DNA of 63,603 nucleotides, filler included, from Choristocarpus tenellus KU-1152 (Eukaryota > Protista > Phaeophyceae), in NCBI GenBank assembly GCA_964200185.2. It is 11 parts of 11 records of this genome, joined end to end, with 100 filler letters (N's around TTAATTAATTAA, not from the genome) between each part and the next. Parts side by side here need not be neighbours in the genome. Positions count along the whole stretch, not along the records: positions 17,803 to 29,358 come from CAXNAD020002259.1; positions 29,459 to 36,429 come from CAXNAD020006942.1; positions 36,530 to 42,267 come from CAXNAD020009877.1; 8 more parts are not named here. One strand, written 5' to 3'. The notes below the pieces were generated by a model that saw nothing but the letters and a program-made list of their open reading frames with translations, made no database searches and had not been told where the DNA came from. Within the stretch, counting starts at the first letter, position 1. The number at the start of each line of letters is the position of its first letter. A program made the translations under genes and the position numbers. Shown piece by piece: positions 24,901 through 38,709 of the stretch.

Positions 24901-27210
24901 TGTTAATAGATTCTGGTGTTACTGGATGTACCGATTGGTGCTAGTTTTTGTTGTTATATTTGCCCACTCTGCCACTGAAATCCCCGTAACATGTGTCAGG
25001 TTGTGATTGGGAGTTCTGCTAGTCGTGCCTCCCAAAGGGCGGAAACACCAGTTCGAGTGATGCAGGTTTGGGATGTATAGAAGTCACCGCATTATGTAAT
25101 AGGGGCCTAGAGTTTGTGTAGAGAGGTGGTTTGTTAATTTTTTTGACCTGCTCCTCTTGAAGATGTTGACACTCCCTGCTGCACAAGATGAGCTTTAGAA
25201 TGCAATCATATGCTTGAAGGGGTGAGAGACCTAGATGAATGCAACCCTTTACTTTGAACTACAAATGTGTAAAAGGTAGCAGATGCCCCCAGGTCTGTTT
25301 CAATTTGGTCACAGTTGGACAGTATTTGTGTTGGAATTCATCCTTATGAAAAGCACCTTAGCAAATGTATTTCTTTGAGGTAGCCTTGAAGTATGATCCA
25401 ATGGTGCCATACATAAACTCAGTCAATAGTACCACACACACAAACCAGTCAAGTAGCTGTGGACTCACCAGGCACTCTACAAATGCTCCTAATATTATTC
25501 AGACAAATCAGTTTAGTAGTTGTGAGTACATTACTTTGATCACTTTTTTGTCTCCCCTGTATCCTTGTTCTATATATTGGACATGGCTGGACCCATCCCT
25601 CTTTTGTTTGGCTAAATGAAGTGCCATTCTTGTAGTATATTCCAATACACATGGTAGCAGATGTTGGGAAGTGTTTTATGTCATGCCAACACTGAGTAGT
25701 AGCAAGCATGTAGAGTAGTGCTCCAGCTATCCATTCCAGGTTTGAAGTAGATTCAAAGTGGGGCAAGGTCCTGCACTTTAAGAGCATACAAGCGGTATGT
25801 CAGTTGCTGTGCACTTGTAGACATTTGAACTTGTCCTTGGCAACACATCCTTGGCACTATAGATGTGTGTTACAGAAAACATATTCAAACATGCACTGTT
25901 AACAACACCTTCCAATGTATCCTTTTGACTCAGGTGGCGTGTGGACAGTACCACTCCTTGGCGCTGGTATCACACTCCATGGCTGAATCACACCCTAGCC
26001 TCCCCAAGCAGTCATGGAGAAATGGTGGCAGCAGTGGAGTAGGAGCAATCAATTCAGGCAACAGCTCTGTTGGTAGCAGTAATGTGATCTACTCTTGGGG
26101 AAGAGCTCAATGTGGCCGCTTGGGAAGAATAGCTGTTGGTATGCAGCATAAAGCCTACTACACTCCAGCACCTGTTGTAATGGACTGGTCGTACAAGGTT
26201 AGTGATCATCGGGAGATGGGGAAACCGTTGATGGTTTTTCTCTCAGGAGGTGAGAGATCAAGAGAGGAAAGTGCTGGACCTGTTCATATTGCTGCTGGGT
26301 GGAGTCATTCAGTGGCAGTGACAGGAGAAGGGGCTGTCTTTACATGGGGGTGTGGTGTGCAGGGGAGGTTGGGGCAGGGGAGCCATGCTGATGTGTTTGT
26401 GCCTCGCCAGGTACGAGGCATTTGTTGAGGGTAGAAGGCATTTGCAATGCTCTGTATCACTAGATGAAGAGGTTTGGACTTTTACCTGCTGTGCCTGTTC
26501 AGAGGTACACCTTTTCTTATTGAACCTCCTCATTTTGAAGGCTGTCTTTGCAGTCAATTTTTTGTATCCCTTTTTTTGGTATATCTAATACAACGAAGTT
26601 ATGTTCCGTGAAATACCCCCTCCCTGTCCTCACCCCCTGCTCTCATGGACAGGTGAGGGCCTTGGCATCCCGAGCCATTCGCATCCAATCTGCAGCAGCA
26701 GGTCGTGGTCACACCCTCTTCCTGTCATCTTCCGGAAGTTTGTTCACGTGTGGCTTAAACCAACGTTCATATTATAGACTGTACTCAAATTGCACTAATG
26801 TGAAAGCCAACATGACTTGTCCTGGACAGAGTCAAGCACTGAAGGATGAAGATGGCTTGGTCTCTGTGGACAAATTGTCTAGACCAGAGGAGTCTGAGGT
26901 GTTGTCGCCTCTTCCAGTTCTAGGTGCCCTAGAGGGCCTGAAGGTGGTAAAAATTGCAGCTGGGGAGAACCACTCTAGTGCTATTACATTGGGCAATAGA
27001 CGGACACGTGCGACCCTGATAGGGGAAGGTTGTCTAGAGCCTGATCCAGATGCCTGTCAGGGACACAAGGTATTTTTATGGGGGCTGAATTCAGCAGGTG
27101 AATGTGGTGAGACAGAGGTGGAAATGGTGGATGAACCAAGAGAGGCAGAACAATTTAGAGGGGCCAGTGATGTTGCATGTGGAGCAGAGCACACTGTTGT
27201 CATCCTCTAA
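20863..27210 (+). CDS. VPS9-domain (C-terminal half visible) plus RCC1-repeat protein; 5' exons unresolved
   Basis: Phase-consistent exons 20863-21008, 22162-22929, 23186-23356, 24124-24318, 25000-25065, 25934-26410, 26653-27210. VPS9-like DDLVLLMAWCVV...YIKSFHF...LGFTLSILEVSLDWL. Multiple RCC1 repeats (VECGEHYS..LYTWG..GCLG, VSCGVHHT..LFAWG, IAAGWSHS..VFTWG..GRLG, IAAGENHS, VACGAEHT). Confidence 0.85.
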
Positions 27211-29458
27211 TCAGTGAATGGAGCCCTCATGAAGATATTGGTAATGGGAACATAACGATAGATATTACATTTGTGTACTTGTCTGAGTATATTTATTGAA
27301 AAAGGGATTCCATAGGGTTAGGAAGGTCATAGAAAGTGACAACAGCATCCATTGGTGAAAGTGGTCTATGTCGGGAAATAAGTGTGATGCAGTAGTGCCC
27401 TCTTGATCTGCAATAAAGGCCTTACCTTGTGAAAGGGATCACAATATTGATCTGGGTTCAGGTTTTAGGGGAAGCCTTGAGATCCCCGCGCCGACGTGAT
27501 GTCTGGAGAGTTGACAGGGATCTCAGGTTCATGATGATTCCAAATATTATGTGCAGAGTTTTCATATGGAGGAGTTGTTTGAAACGTTCTGTTTGAAACG
27601 TTCCTTGTGGCGACCACTCATGAAATTGCACCCCTTGTAGTTTGAGTAACAGAATCTCTTCTGTTGTCTTACAGAAATGGTGTATTTGGCTATCGTTTGG
27701 TTCTTGAATGGTCATCAGTGTTTTTTATTTATCCCTGTTGCAGCGTCGATTTAACTTTTCCAGATTGGTTCGGACTTGAGTCTATGCACTTTTGACCTGT
27801 TTGTGCTTTTAAAAAAATTTCCTTACGCTTCTTTTTGGATTTGACACCTCACAAACACGTAGTCATGATACAGGTATTCCTTCTGTTTGATTTGATGTGA
27901 GATTTACAGTAAAATTCTACATAGTGCAAGATTGTGTGTGGGGCACAAAACGTGGGCAGGCGTTTCTCTTCCATTTTTAAAGTATCATAGTGTGTGTGTG
28001 TGTATGTTTATGTTTGTGTAGTCAGCGCACCCTACATGTGTGCCTTGAAAGGACATGCATTTTGTGAGTTGAGAATGAGATGATATTTTTTCTTTTGCCT
28101 TGTTAGGTCAAGTGTTGATAGGTACGAGGTCAATACTTTTTTGCATCTTTCCATGTCAGTCAAACCAATTTATATTTTCATCCTCAGTTTAATCTTTGTC
28201 TTCTCAGTTTTATTGGAAATATAATTAACACAGTAAATGAGGTTGAACTCTTACCAAGAGCATTTAACCTGTTGTGCCAATGGTCAACGCAACATAACAA
28301 TCACTATATACTGCCTAACACATACGGAAGAGTCTCCAAAGGTTGGGGATGCGACATCCCTATAGTTGTGGTCCATGAAGTGTAATATTGTGGATCACAT
28401 ATAGATACATTCTTGGATATGATGTTCTGCTCACCAACCATCATATCACTGTAGTCTCAAGTCATTCCCAGTAGGTGACAAGTCATTTCGGACAATTCAT
28501 GCCGAAAAAACAGTCTCATATTATTCTCAGAATTATTTTCAAGGCTGCATTTGGAATCCTTTCGTTGAGGCTGTCGTTATCGCGCTTTCATCTTCCAATT
28601 CCGTAACCTTAGCGAGGTATTGCCTGACACTCTCTTCCAATTATTCTGGTGCATAGACAACATGTTCTCATCACATAGAAAGTAGTTTGTTAGCACTCAC
28701 ACAGTACTAATGTTAATGCTATTATTATGACTACTTTTGCTTAGTGTGCTACTCCACATGCTGAAAATGATTATTCTTTGTCATGGTGATACTAGGATAA
28801 TGAACGGAGATTGATTTTGGTCCATGGTACGGTATGCCAATGGACCTTGGAAGGCACTTCTTTTTCTTAGTCCACCTCTACATTCAGCAGTGAAGTTCCT
28901 CTCATGGCCGTCAGGATAACTCTTAGGGTTAGTTGTTAAGAAAGTTAGGGGATTTGCCGGAATAGTTTACAACTCCCCCAAAAGCGACCTTATCGATTTC
29001 TTTGAGCAGTAATAAGTTAAATGTCTCAAAGACTAGGGGCCTGAAGGTGGTGGAGGTATTGATAGTATGATACTCCAGAAGTGGTTCTATGTTGCAATAG
29101 TAGGTCATTCCTAAAAAGCAAAAATAAAAACTCTTGAGCACTCATTGGGTTCAGGCATCAACAAGCTCCTACCCTGTTTGTAACTATAGCATCTTCTAAC
29201 ATAATAGTACCGCTAGCCTTCATCACCAGTCTCATACAAAGAGGTAAGTCATTCCTGTTTGGTATCATAGACTCCACCTGTAGAGTGAAGACCAAGGTAA
29301 TATGTATCATGATTACAAAAAAAAAAAAACAGCACAACAAAAAGGGACAACACACCACNNNNNNNNNNNNNNNNNNNNNNNNNNNNNNNNNNNNNNNNNN
29401 NNTTAATTAATTAANNNNNNNNNNNNNNNNNNNNNNNNNNNNNNNNNNNNNNNNNNNN

Positions 29459-29482
29459 CCCCCCTCCCAGATACTTTGGGTC
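29459..29482. mobile_element. MITE terminal repeat at a contig start
   Basis: CCCCCCTCCCAGATACTTTGGGTC. Confidence 0.7.
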
Positions 29483-30493
29483 CATCTGAATATACCAATT
29501 ACGTTTTGCTGGTCTTGTGAATCTCTTCCTCTCCTCCTCACCACGTCTTGCCCTTGCACCACTCTCTGCTCAGTGCTGCTTTGTTTTTTGGGTTGACCAT
29601 TCTCACTTCTCTTTTTCCTTTCCTATCCTCTTTTTTTTTTGTGTGTGTGACATACTACTCCATTGCTGTTTTCGGAACAAGTGTACCTCATTGATCTTCC
29701 TGACTAACCCTAACCCTAACCTCTCCACCGAAAGAGAAGGCATGCCTATAACATGGAGGAGGAGGAGATAAGTAGGGTGATTTGTCTACAGAGTTTACCT
29801 GGGGATCTAACACCATTTTTTGTAGCGAGTGGAATCCCAGCAGTAATTATTGAGCCATGTTATCCTAGAGCATGGTCGATTTCTGCCCTTTTGAGAGAAA
29901 GGGGCCTGTAAAAGTTTCTGCCTGACACTCCCATCCCCATGCCCAAAATGTAGCTAACCCTTATCAGGAGGGTGTGACTGCAGCAGTGCTTAAAAAAAAA
30001 AAGCATAGAGCCCAGCAGGCCGCCAAATATCCCAGAAATTTCCTATATACAGCCAACTTAGAAATCGGCACACAGCAGAGCAGTATGACACTATACATTT
30101 ACCCCAAAACACTGTTTTCACATATACCATGACAGATTTCTCACGGCGGTCATATTATGCCACCGACTAAATCAAAACCAAAACCCAATTTTATCACTTG
30201 ACTGAAGAAAAGGAGACAAACTTTCATCCATCTCAAACATGAAATCAACCTTCAGAACACTGGTGAGAAGAGCACATATACCACAAGGCAGTGGAAAGGA
30301 CCCTGCTACCCAACGGCATTCCCCTTCGGGATACTATAGATCATGCATTAACATATATAATAGCATTATTATGGTTTTATTTTTGCCTGAGGGTCCCAAA
30401 AAGGTAGCAAAAAAAAACAAAAAAAGGACACAGTACTTAAAAATATACAAATACTACAGTAATGAATATATTAAGAAATAGAAGAAAAAATCA

Positions 30494-30674
30494 ATCTCAA
30501 AGTATCTGGGGAGGGGGGGTGGAGGTTGCCCATTCGGGGTCAATTTTTTTATGTCACGATTTTTGGTGAAATGGTTGCATACGTCGGATGGATGATGTAA
30601 GTACACCTTTCCCTGTTATGGCCCAAATGGACACCCTGGTGCAGACCCCCCTCCCCCCCTAGATACTTTGGCTC
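30494..30674 (+). mobile_element. Complete MITE family B copy, 181 bp, TSD TCA
   Basis: ATCTCAAAGTATCTGGGGAGGGGG ... CCCCCCTAGATACTTTGGCTC. TCA at 30491-30493 and 30675-30677. Confidence 0.85.
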
Positions 30675-31249
30675 TCAGGATGGCTAAGGGTAAGGAGGGC
30701 AGTCGAGAGAAAGCACAGGCATAACGCACTACCTCCCCACAGGTGGGTGGGACAGGACAAACCTGGCAACAACATGAGTGACAGTGTCTTATGGGAAAAT
30801 TGATGAAAAGAAGAAATCCTCAGTATCATGCCCAATTCATCCAATCCGAACAATACTCATGACATATCTCACAAAGGAAATAGTAGCATGAGGATATCAA
30901 TCACATACCCAACCGAAAAGAGAAAGATATTAATGACAAAGGCATTTTCAACATTTAGCATGCAATGGGGAGTGCTCATGAGCACTGATTTGCTTGGGCT
31001 TCCATAACCGCTGTTCTGGCATGATGTTCGATGGTTATCACGACTTCTCTGGCATGCCACTAATCCATAGAGCTCTTTGTGCCATTAATCACACACTCAT
31101 ACACCGTGTTTTGGTTTATTGACCTTCTATTACATCCCTCACCCGTGATCCCAAACTTCTCATAGATATGTTACAGGTACATCACCTACTTCTTCTCCTG
31201 CCCGCACAGCTTCCCATTTGAATCTGCAAGGTCTCTAAATGCCAATGCC

Positions 31250-32100
31250 ATCGGGAGTCAATTATCCCCCATGCACACTACTGATCCTGTGAATACTAGT
31301 GTGTGTTTTTGAACAATTGCCTCAATACTGCGATACCCAGTATTCACAGGGTCATCTTTGTAGGAGAGTGTGAGATAGGGGTATTCCCATTGCAAAATAT
31401 TGAAGCAGTGCTGGAGGAATTTGTAATGATGAGTGGACCTGGAAGAGTCTCCATGTCTTACAAACATATAATAGGACCTTGATTTCTTCAGCCTTAAGCA
31501 TGCAAATCTTAGGCTCAAGTGACGCGCAAACAGTTCAGTAACAAAGCACTTGGTTATACAAGCAGAAACAGTGCCAACAATTCTGAGACATTTTGACATC
31601 ATCAGCTGATCTTAATGATGATATCAATTCCATCACTAATGGTGCCTCCGAGGTAAACAGATTGATCAGTCTGCTTGTAGCTCTGGCTTGAAGCCTGGGC
31701 TGCATAACATTTGGGGTCTTGTTAGGAATTCAAAGGCCCATGGATTCTGCCTCAACCTAGACGCAGATGGCCTGAATATTCTTGCTACTGTCACAGTCAC
31801 TATCGTCTTCCTGGCCAGACTTCCTTTGGTCTTAGACACAACGCCACATTATCCCTTTAGAAAAATACCCAAAAGGTGCCATCACTCTAGAGTTAACCCA
31901 TTTTCTGTCACTCCAACTACTCTGACCTTGTAGTTTCTCATAGCTCCCTTGATGACGACAAGGTCCTTGGACATGGCTTGGTCAGTGTTGCATTTTTATT
32001 TGCATCATCCGCTCCCACAGTTCTAGCCGTCTTTGCTTTCTTCCTGCAGGCAAAATTATGAGATGTGTGTCCAACCCAAGTCCTGGTCTGTCTGTGCCCC
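31250..32100 (-). mobile_element. Degenerate LINE reverse-transcriptase remnant
   Basis: Minus-strand fragments CGVVSKTKGSLARKTIVTVTV (post-YADD region) and YKQTDQSVYLGGTI (RT YLG motif), broken by stops and frameshifts. Confidence 0.65.
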
Positions 32101-33581
32101 TCTTCTTCAGTGCTTCCTTGACACTACTCGTATACAGAGAGATACCCCGCCAAAAAACCTCATCATTGTGCCTACAGTCATGAGAGAGGGAACAATCTAT
32201 ATTTTCCTTCTCACCTTGCAGTCATAGCCCTTAAATCCAGGACCTCCTACAGCATGATATTAAGTTTTTGCTACTCTGAAGGGCAATTCAAGGTCAGAGC
32301 TTGCCTTAGCAAGAGAACTAAGCGACCCAGTATCCGACCTCCACATATTCGTCTAGCCTATGAAGCAGCTTGGCAACCGACCTCCCTTCCTCCGTTGCAC
32401 CAGCACTCCTGTCTTTCCCACCAATTTGGTCTAGCATTCAGCAACCCCGCCTCAATAATACCAGGATGCTCGTCTGTCCTTTCCACTGGTATTGCTTCCC
32501 TTGTATATGAGTACCAGGTAAGCTATCACATACTCCTATACTGGAAATTGAGACATAACTGTGGATGGCAACATTCTATGATCCGAATGGTCAATACTTC
32601 TACCAATATGGTAAAAATAAAATCTATTGGCCAACAACCTGCATGTGAACGAGGCTACCTGAATGGGGGGAGCAGCCCTGTGTCTTGCATCTGACTGAAG
32701 ATTCTCCTAGGAAGACTCTTTTGAGTGGTGAACGACAACATAACTACGTAAAAGGTCTGTTGATAAGCATGCTAAACTACAATAGTGGAACTAAACAAAT
32801 CTTATTGAATGAAGATGTTCCTCAGCCGTCAAAGGGCCGATAGCTCTAATCAAGATGTTCTTAGCAGTTTGGCGAAAACTCTGACGACTGAGCTCCTGTT
32901 CTTAATGAGAAAGGCAAGGCTACAAATTGACCTCTGTGTCAGTTCCATCTAACCTCAAGAAAATATGTGTCTACCCTACCTCTCACTGATATGTCTGGAC
33001 AGGGCTTGGTACTGGGTCATCCAAACCTCTCAGGTGCACACAGTCTTCCGGGGACTCAGCGGGGGGGCTACCCAATACAGGAATTGAAGCAGCCAAGGCA
33101 GCCCGGCTTGCTTCAACCATCATATCAGTGGGGTCAACATATGATGTTGAGGCAGAGCTGGAAAGGCTCTCAAAACGGGCAACAATAAAACACGAGTGAG
33201 GATTTCAAGTTTTGTTTTGAGAGAGGGAGGAGTAGGGATAAATGCTAGGGACACATGCACTAGAATAGGACGAGGGCAAAGGGCAAGCACTACTGGAGTA
33301 GCCAAAAAAGGATGATTAGAGACAGAAATATATATGTAAATTTATTTTCCCAGAAAAGCTCAAGAGAGAGAAATGGTGATTGACTCTTGGTTCGTACTTG
33401 AAGCATTAGTACGCCTTTGCAACATGGACCCATTACTAGACTCTGCACTCTCCTCCACCATACAGCACAGGAATACCTTGCTGTAAGATCAATTCCACTT
33501 TTGAGCACAGTGTGGTGGAGTAGACAAAGCAGGGTGAGAGATAGAGGATATAGTATATTATTCATCTGGAAATGATGTAAT

Positions 33582-33723
33582 GCGTCAAAGTATCAGAGGG
33601 TAGAGCCCCATCCGTTTGGGACCCAAAATCTAATGTTGGGATATTGATGTAATTTTGGCGATCGTGTTCTTTAGGAAATGTCAATATCCTTATTCCAGAC
33701 ACACCTTTTCATATAACGTAGAC
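33582..33723 (-). mobile_element. Truncated MITE family A copy
   Basis: GCGTCAAAGTATCAGAGGGTAGAG..., colinear with the first ~140 bp of the copy at 53049. Confidence 0.75.
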
Positions 33724-34081
33724 ACACAGGTATCAGCCAATTTCCTATTCTTCCCCACCTCCTTCCCCCCCAAAGGTACACATGCGGGCAAGACGTGTTC
33801 TTGTCAAGGACAAAACCTGGTTGGCTAGGGTCAGGAATAAATTCTTCAACTCCAGCCATGATGGGGATGGCTTCTGTGGCAAGTCCAGATCCCCCTGCCC
33901 TCAAATTTTTGTCACTTCCGGGTTCTACAGAGGCTAGTCTAGGGGGACGTGCCTCCTTGCAGTGGAGGTGAAGTTACAGGGGTTGGGATGAGTGAGTGGA
34001 AGCAAGTATGAGAATAGCAGGATAGAAGGGTCGTAAGTTTTTGAGAACAAAATTCTAATTGAGCTCCATTACACTTGTCAG

Positions 34082-34845
34082 TAGAAACTGATCGAGGTGA
34101 TGCAGATCACGCGCTTGATTGTTTACTCTTCTGGTTCCAAGAATTACAGGTGCGTTGCTTTTGTGCATCCAGTGATCTCATGTCCAGTCGAGGAAGGAAT
34201 GCAGTAGCCCAAACTTTGAAGACCACGCACCTGCTTCTTTGCCTCTGTCTCTAGATCCGCAGTGAAACTATCTTCCTGCGAACTGAGATACAATACAATA
34301 CTGACACCTCACATCATGCCTTCAACCTCTTGAACAATGAAAAAACTATTGGTGTATTATGCATCAGGGACAGCTCATCTCCACTCTTCAATAGTCAAGT
34401 CAAGCTAGGCTTCTCATCAGAAGCACAATCACAATTTGCACCAGAGGGGCCTTGTGCCAGTCCCGAAGGGCAGGAGTTTTTGCCCACTGGAAGGGTCAGG
34501 TGCGAATTTGGAGGGGGAGGAAGTGAGGAAAGTAGTGGAAGTGGAAGAGAAATTTCAGCGGCAAGACAGAAGGCAGAAGGAGGTGTAATAGCAGCAGAAG
34601 CCGAGGAAAAAGGAGTGACTGTGGGGGTAGGGGAAGAGACAGGAAGAAAGACCATCACATGGAAATGGAGGGAACTTCCAGTGGCCGAGGTGGGTTGTGC
34701 GGATGATCTCCAGGCCTTATCCTCTTCTGTGAAGGAGGAGCTTGATTCCATTGAACAAGCAGCAGCAAACCGCTCGAGAGCAATGTCTGCTGTGGACGAT
34801 TCTCGGGGTAACTTGACAGAGAAAGGAGGGGCATCATTGGCGTAG
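34082..34845 (+). CDS. Probable last exons of an uncharacterised gene
   Basis: Putative exon 34082-34149 (ETDRGDADHALDCLLFWFQELQ, donor GTGCGT) and an E/A/G-rich terminal exon ~34405-34845. No recognisable domain; upstream exons not resolved. Confidence 0.45.
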
Positions 34846-36235
34846 ACTAGGATTGAAAGGAAGTTTAGAGCTAAGGATTGATGCGTCATTTCTTCACTCT
34901 TGTTGTTAACAAAATCTATTCCGGAGCGCTTGCAAGGATGTAAGAGGGGAAAATAAAAATGGTACAAGATGCAGAGGCCACAATATTGAGGAGGATTTTG
35001 GAATATGGCATGGTAGATGCTCTACCATTTCACCACAGTAGCACGTAGAAGCTGACCAGTTACTTGAAATAGTGCAATTCAGAATAAGCAGCATAGATGA
35101 AAGAATATCTTCCATGCTCTACCATGAGAAAATAGAAATTTGTACTTCACTTGTTTTCTATTGTAATGAAAAGATCACCTTACAAGTATTGCTACGGCAA
35201 TGTGCTAGTGATCACAGCTTACACATCTTCTTTTGGTTGACTAAGAGTGCGTTCATCCCTAGCACATCCTGGGAGTCGCGCTGACCCACAGAAAACGCAT
35301 CAGGCAGAGGTGAGCCTTCATGTATGTAGAAGCACTTCCATCTTCATTGCATGATGAGGTGACACATAGAAGTTTGTTGACATCTCTAATACAGGCAAGT
35401 AGGAGGCGCTCTTACTTGCATGTGGGATGAGGGGGAGCATACCTCCTGTGAAGAATTCATTCTTGTAGCAGTTTCTTGCCCTATACATATCCCTTACACT
35501 GTATACTGGTCAAAGATCACGTGCAAATGCACTGCTGCACAGGACAAGGTTCCACTAAGGATAGAAATCACGGATTGTGATCCCTTCTTTGAAGCCCAAT
35601 TATCACAATGAGCATTGTTCAAGTAGGTTAGGGACAAATGAAAAAGAGAAGTACCCAGGTTTTTTACTGTATTGCACTTTAAGCCACTATTTTTCATGTA
35701 TTGCAATTCATACTTATTTATATGGATGGAGTGCTAATATTGACTGACTTGAGAGAGATTATTTCTCTATCAAGTGAAAAATCCCAACATAATTCAGAAA
35801 AACCACTATACTCATTGTGTAAACCTCGAAATTCTGGAAAATATTGTCATTCCTAAAATGTAACCCGGTTACATCTTGTGTACTTTGACTCATACCTTGG
35901 AAAGTATCTAGTGATGAAGTCAGAATGATCTAAGAATGAAGTTGCATCAGGGGTTTGCAGGATATACTGCACATGAGTACAAATGCCATCTGAGTTAGGG
36001 TTAGGGTTACAGAAGGGAGCTCCAAATAAAGTGTGCTGTTGCTTGGAGGACTAGGTATTGTTGGCTATACGAGGACATTTTCACCGAGGAGACCAAGCGC
36101 CCACGTCAGCAGTCTTTGGTATATCATGGTGCCTTCAAAATAATTGGATGGGAAGGGTACTTCACTTTGGATAATTACCACAAGGGTAAATGCGACTAGT
36201 CTATGATGAAAAAAACGGTCAGGATGCCGCCACAT

Positions 36236-36429
36236 GACTCAAAGTATATGGGAGGGGGTGGTGGCTGTCCATTTGGGGCCAATTTTTTCAAGTAGCGATT
36301 TTTGTGTGGTTGGGTTGCATAATTCGGATGGATCATATAAGTGCACTTTTCCTAGTTATGGCCATAATAGACACCCTGGTGTTGACCCCCCCCCCCCCCC
36401 CCCCATCCTTTTGGTTCCTCCCTTTTTTT
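36236..36429 (+). mobile_element. Family B-related element, left part, running into a contig break
   Basis: GACTCAAAGTATATGGGAGGGGG..., colinear with 30494-30650, then continuing into other internal sequence. Confidence 0.75.
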
Positions 36430-36529
36430 NNNNNNNNNNNNNNNNNNNNNNNNNNNNNNNNNNNNNNNNNNNNTTAATTAATTAANNNNNNNNNNNNNNN
36501 NNNNNNNNNNNNNNNNNNNNNNNNNNNNN

Positions 36530-37311
36530 TACACTGAAAGTCTCCTCTGTCCCTGGGCCCTGGGGCCCTGGGTTGTGCTAGGAGTACACTCGCTCCCTTG
36601 GAGATTCCTCCATGGTGGTGGCCCAGAGCTGCAGCGCGTTCCTGGCGGGATTTAGGGTCCTCTTCAGGGGCCTCCCTGCGTCTATTTGTAATATACATCG
36701 GTTGTATAGGCTGAAGTCCTTAAAAGATATAAACACTGAACTCACTACTTTTTTATTTATTTATTTTCCTCTTTTCTATATTGTAATAACTCTCTGTGAT
36801 CTTGATATTTTTATATCTTCTATATCTCACTTCTATTTTTCTAACGTTTATTTATTTTTAGTTCTCATACCATCATACCCTGATTTTAATTTTTTTTTTC
36901 ATAAGTTGTTACTCTCCTTATTTACCAACTTTTTTCTTTTTTTCTCTTCTTTTTTCTTACTTTTTTGTTCCTTTTATTTTATTTATTTTATTATTCAGTT
37001 TCCACTTTGTTATCCTCATCATTCACACATTATTTTATATTTATTACCAATTTTTATTTTCTATTTATTTCTTTTGTTTCTCTTTATTTATTTATCTTTA
37101 TTTTTGTCATTGCCTGTTTTGCGCAATTTTTGTCATTTTATACAAACGTGCGTGGGGAAATTTCTATGTTCTGTCGACAAAAAAAATCGAACAATAGAGA
37201 AATAGCACTCTCAAATCAATGTCAGTACATCATTTATAGAAATATGGGGGAATTGGTGAAGAATGAAAAGTGGCTTAAGACGCCGCCACTCCCCCCCATA
37301 TACTTTGACCC
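36530..37311. mobile_element. Longer non-autonomous TIR element with an AT-rich interior, right part
   Basis: Ends CCCCCCCATATACTTTGACCC. Interior is homologous to 4186-4490. Confidence 0.6.
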
Positions 37312-38449
37312 ATTTATCTTTTGGAAGGGATGCGATCTCTCCCATTGTGTCTATGTGTGCAATATTTGTGAGAATGCTAGGGGGGCTAAGTCTTTCTTTG
37401 TGAAGTGTAGTGTGGCATTGCTAGTAAGGTAAGCCACTACTCTTCATGTGCCCTATCAAAGGTAGACTTACACTGATACTTCAACTATCATATGCTTAGA
37501 AGGTTCAACATACGAACATTACTTTCACAATGAAAGAATAATATTTGTTTCTCCTTCTCAATACATACACACATACTGGACACAGTGGAGACCTCACCAT
37601 CTCTTGATGATCTCCATGTTTCAACCCACATAAGGGTACAACACACAAAGTTGTCAGCATTGGCAGAATGGTATGATTCGAAGAAACAGATTATGTTATG
37701 AGGAATTGAAAAATACTGCAGCAGTATGTATCAATACTGGGGTTATACAATACATTATAACGTCATAATGTTCCGCCGATCACCTAATATCTGATTGGCA
37801 CAAAACATCAATTTGGTCTCAAAATGAACAACCCAAATATTTGTTGGCTATATCTGGTACTATTATTATGACCTTGATGTCATAAATGTCTTTTCTTTGG
37901 GCTACAATACTGCCTGGTGTCTTTGAACGGTCATCTGGATCATGGAGTGAGTGCGGAGTTCTCACATTCCGTCAACTACTAGAGAGAGTTTGTCAATCAA
38001 ACTAACCTATCAACTTTATAAGTTTGGAGCTCCTTCTAAGTTGCTGTCGATACCACTTATTTCCAAATAGTGTAAATCGACTAATGAGTCATATCCTATT
38101 GGTCTTTACAAGTCTAGTGCAGCAAAACTATTTCTATGTTAGAGTTAACAGGGCCCTCTTCAAGGAACGCTGATTATACTCTTCATTTAAGATGATCACA
38201 GACAATTAAGGATATGGTGCTATCATGGAGGGAATATGAAGAAACATAGGGCAGAGAGTACAACAAACATGATAACAACAGAGCCAGTGCTTCTTACAGG
38301 TAAGTACTTTGTAGACAGGAACAAGAGTTGTAGATTTCAAAACAACATAAGCCAGCTAACTACATTATACCCTACAAAGGTTGTAAGCAATGTAAACAGA
38401 ATTAGAAAAAGGGCAATCTCCGAAACATTCAACACTACTTAACTGCAAT

Positions 38450-38693
38450 GAGTCAAAAGTATGTTAGAGGGCAGAGCTGTGTCTGTTTGGGGGATAAAAC
38501 ACAATGTTGCGATTTCGATGTATTTTTTACTATTGTGTTTGTTAGGAAGTGTCAACATCCTTGTTCCAAACACACCTTTTTAAAACATAATATATTTAAT
38601 TACTCTGGAAATGTCGTAAATTCCTCGTTGGATGTCAAGCCCCCATAAAAAAGAAACAGGGCAAAATTCGTACTCTCTAAGATACTTTCACTC
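38450..38693 (-). mobile_element. MITE family A copy, 244 bp, TSD AAT
   Basis: GAGTCAAAAGTATGTTAGAGGG ... CTCTAAGATACTTTCACTC. AAT on both sides. Confidence 0.85.
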
Positions 38694-38709
38694 AATATCA
38701 CCAGAGGCC

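Noticed and set aside
28250-28700. Faint Copia-RT-like traces on the minus strand
   Set aside because: Too degenerate to support without a search.
36612-37432. Long F/L/I-rich membrane-like ORFs
   Set aside because: A by-product of the T-rich strand of a repeat that also occurs at 4186-4490.
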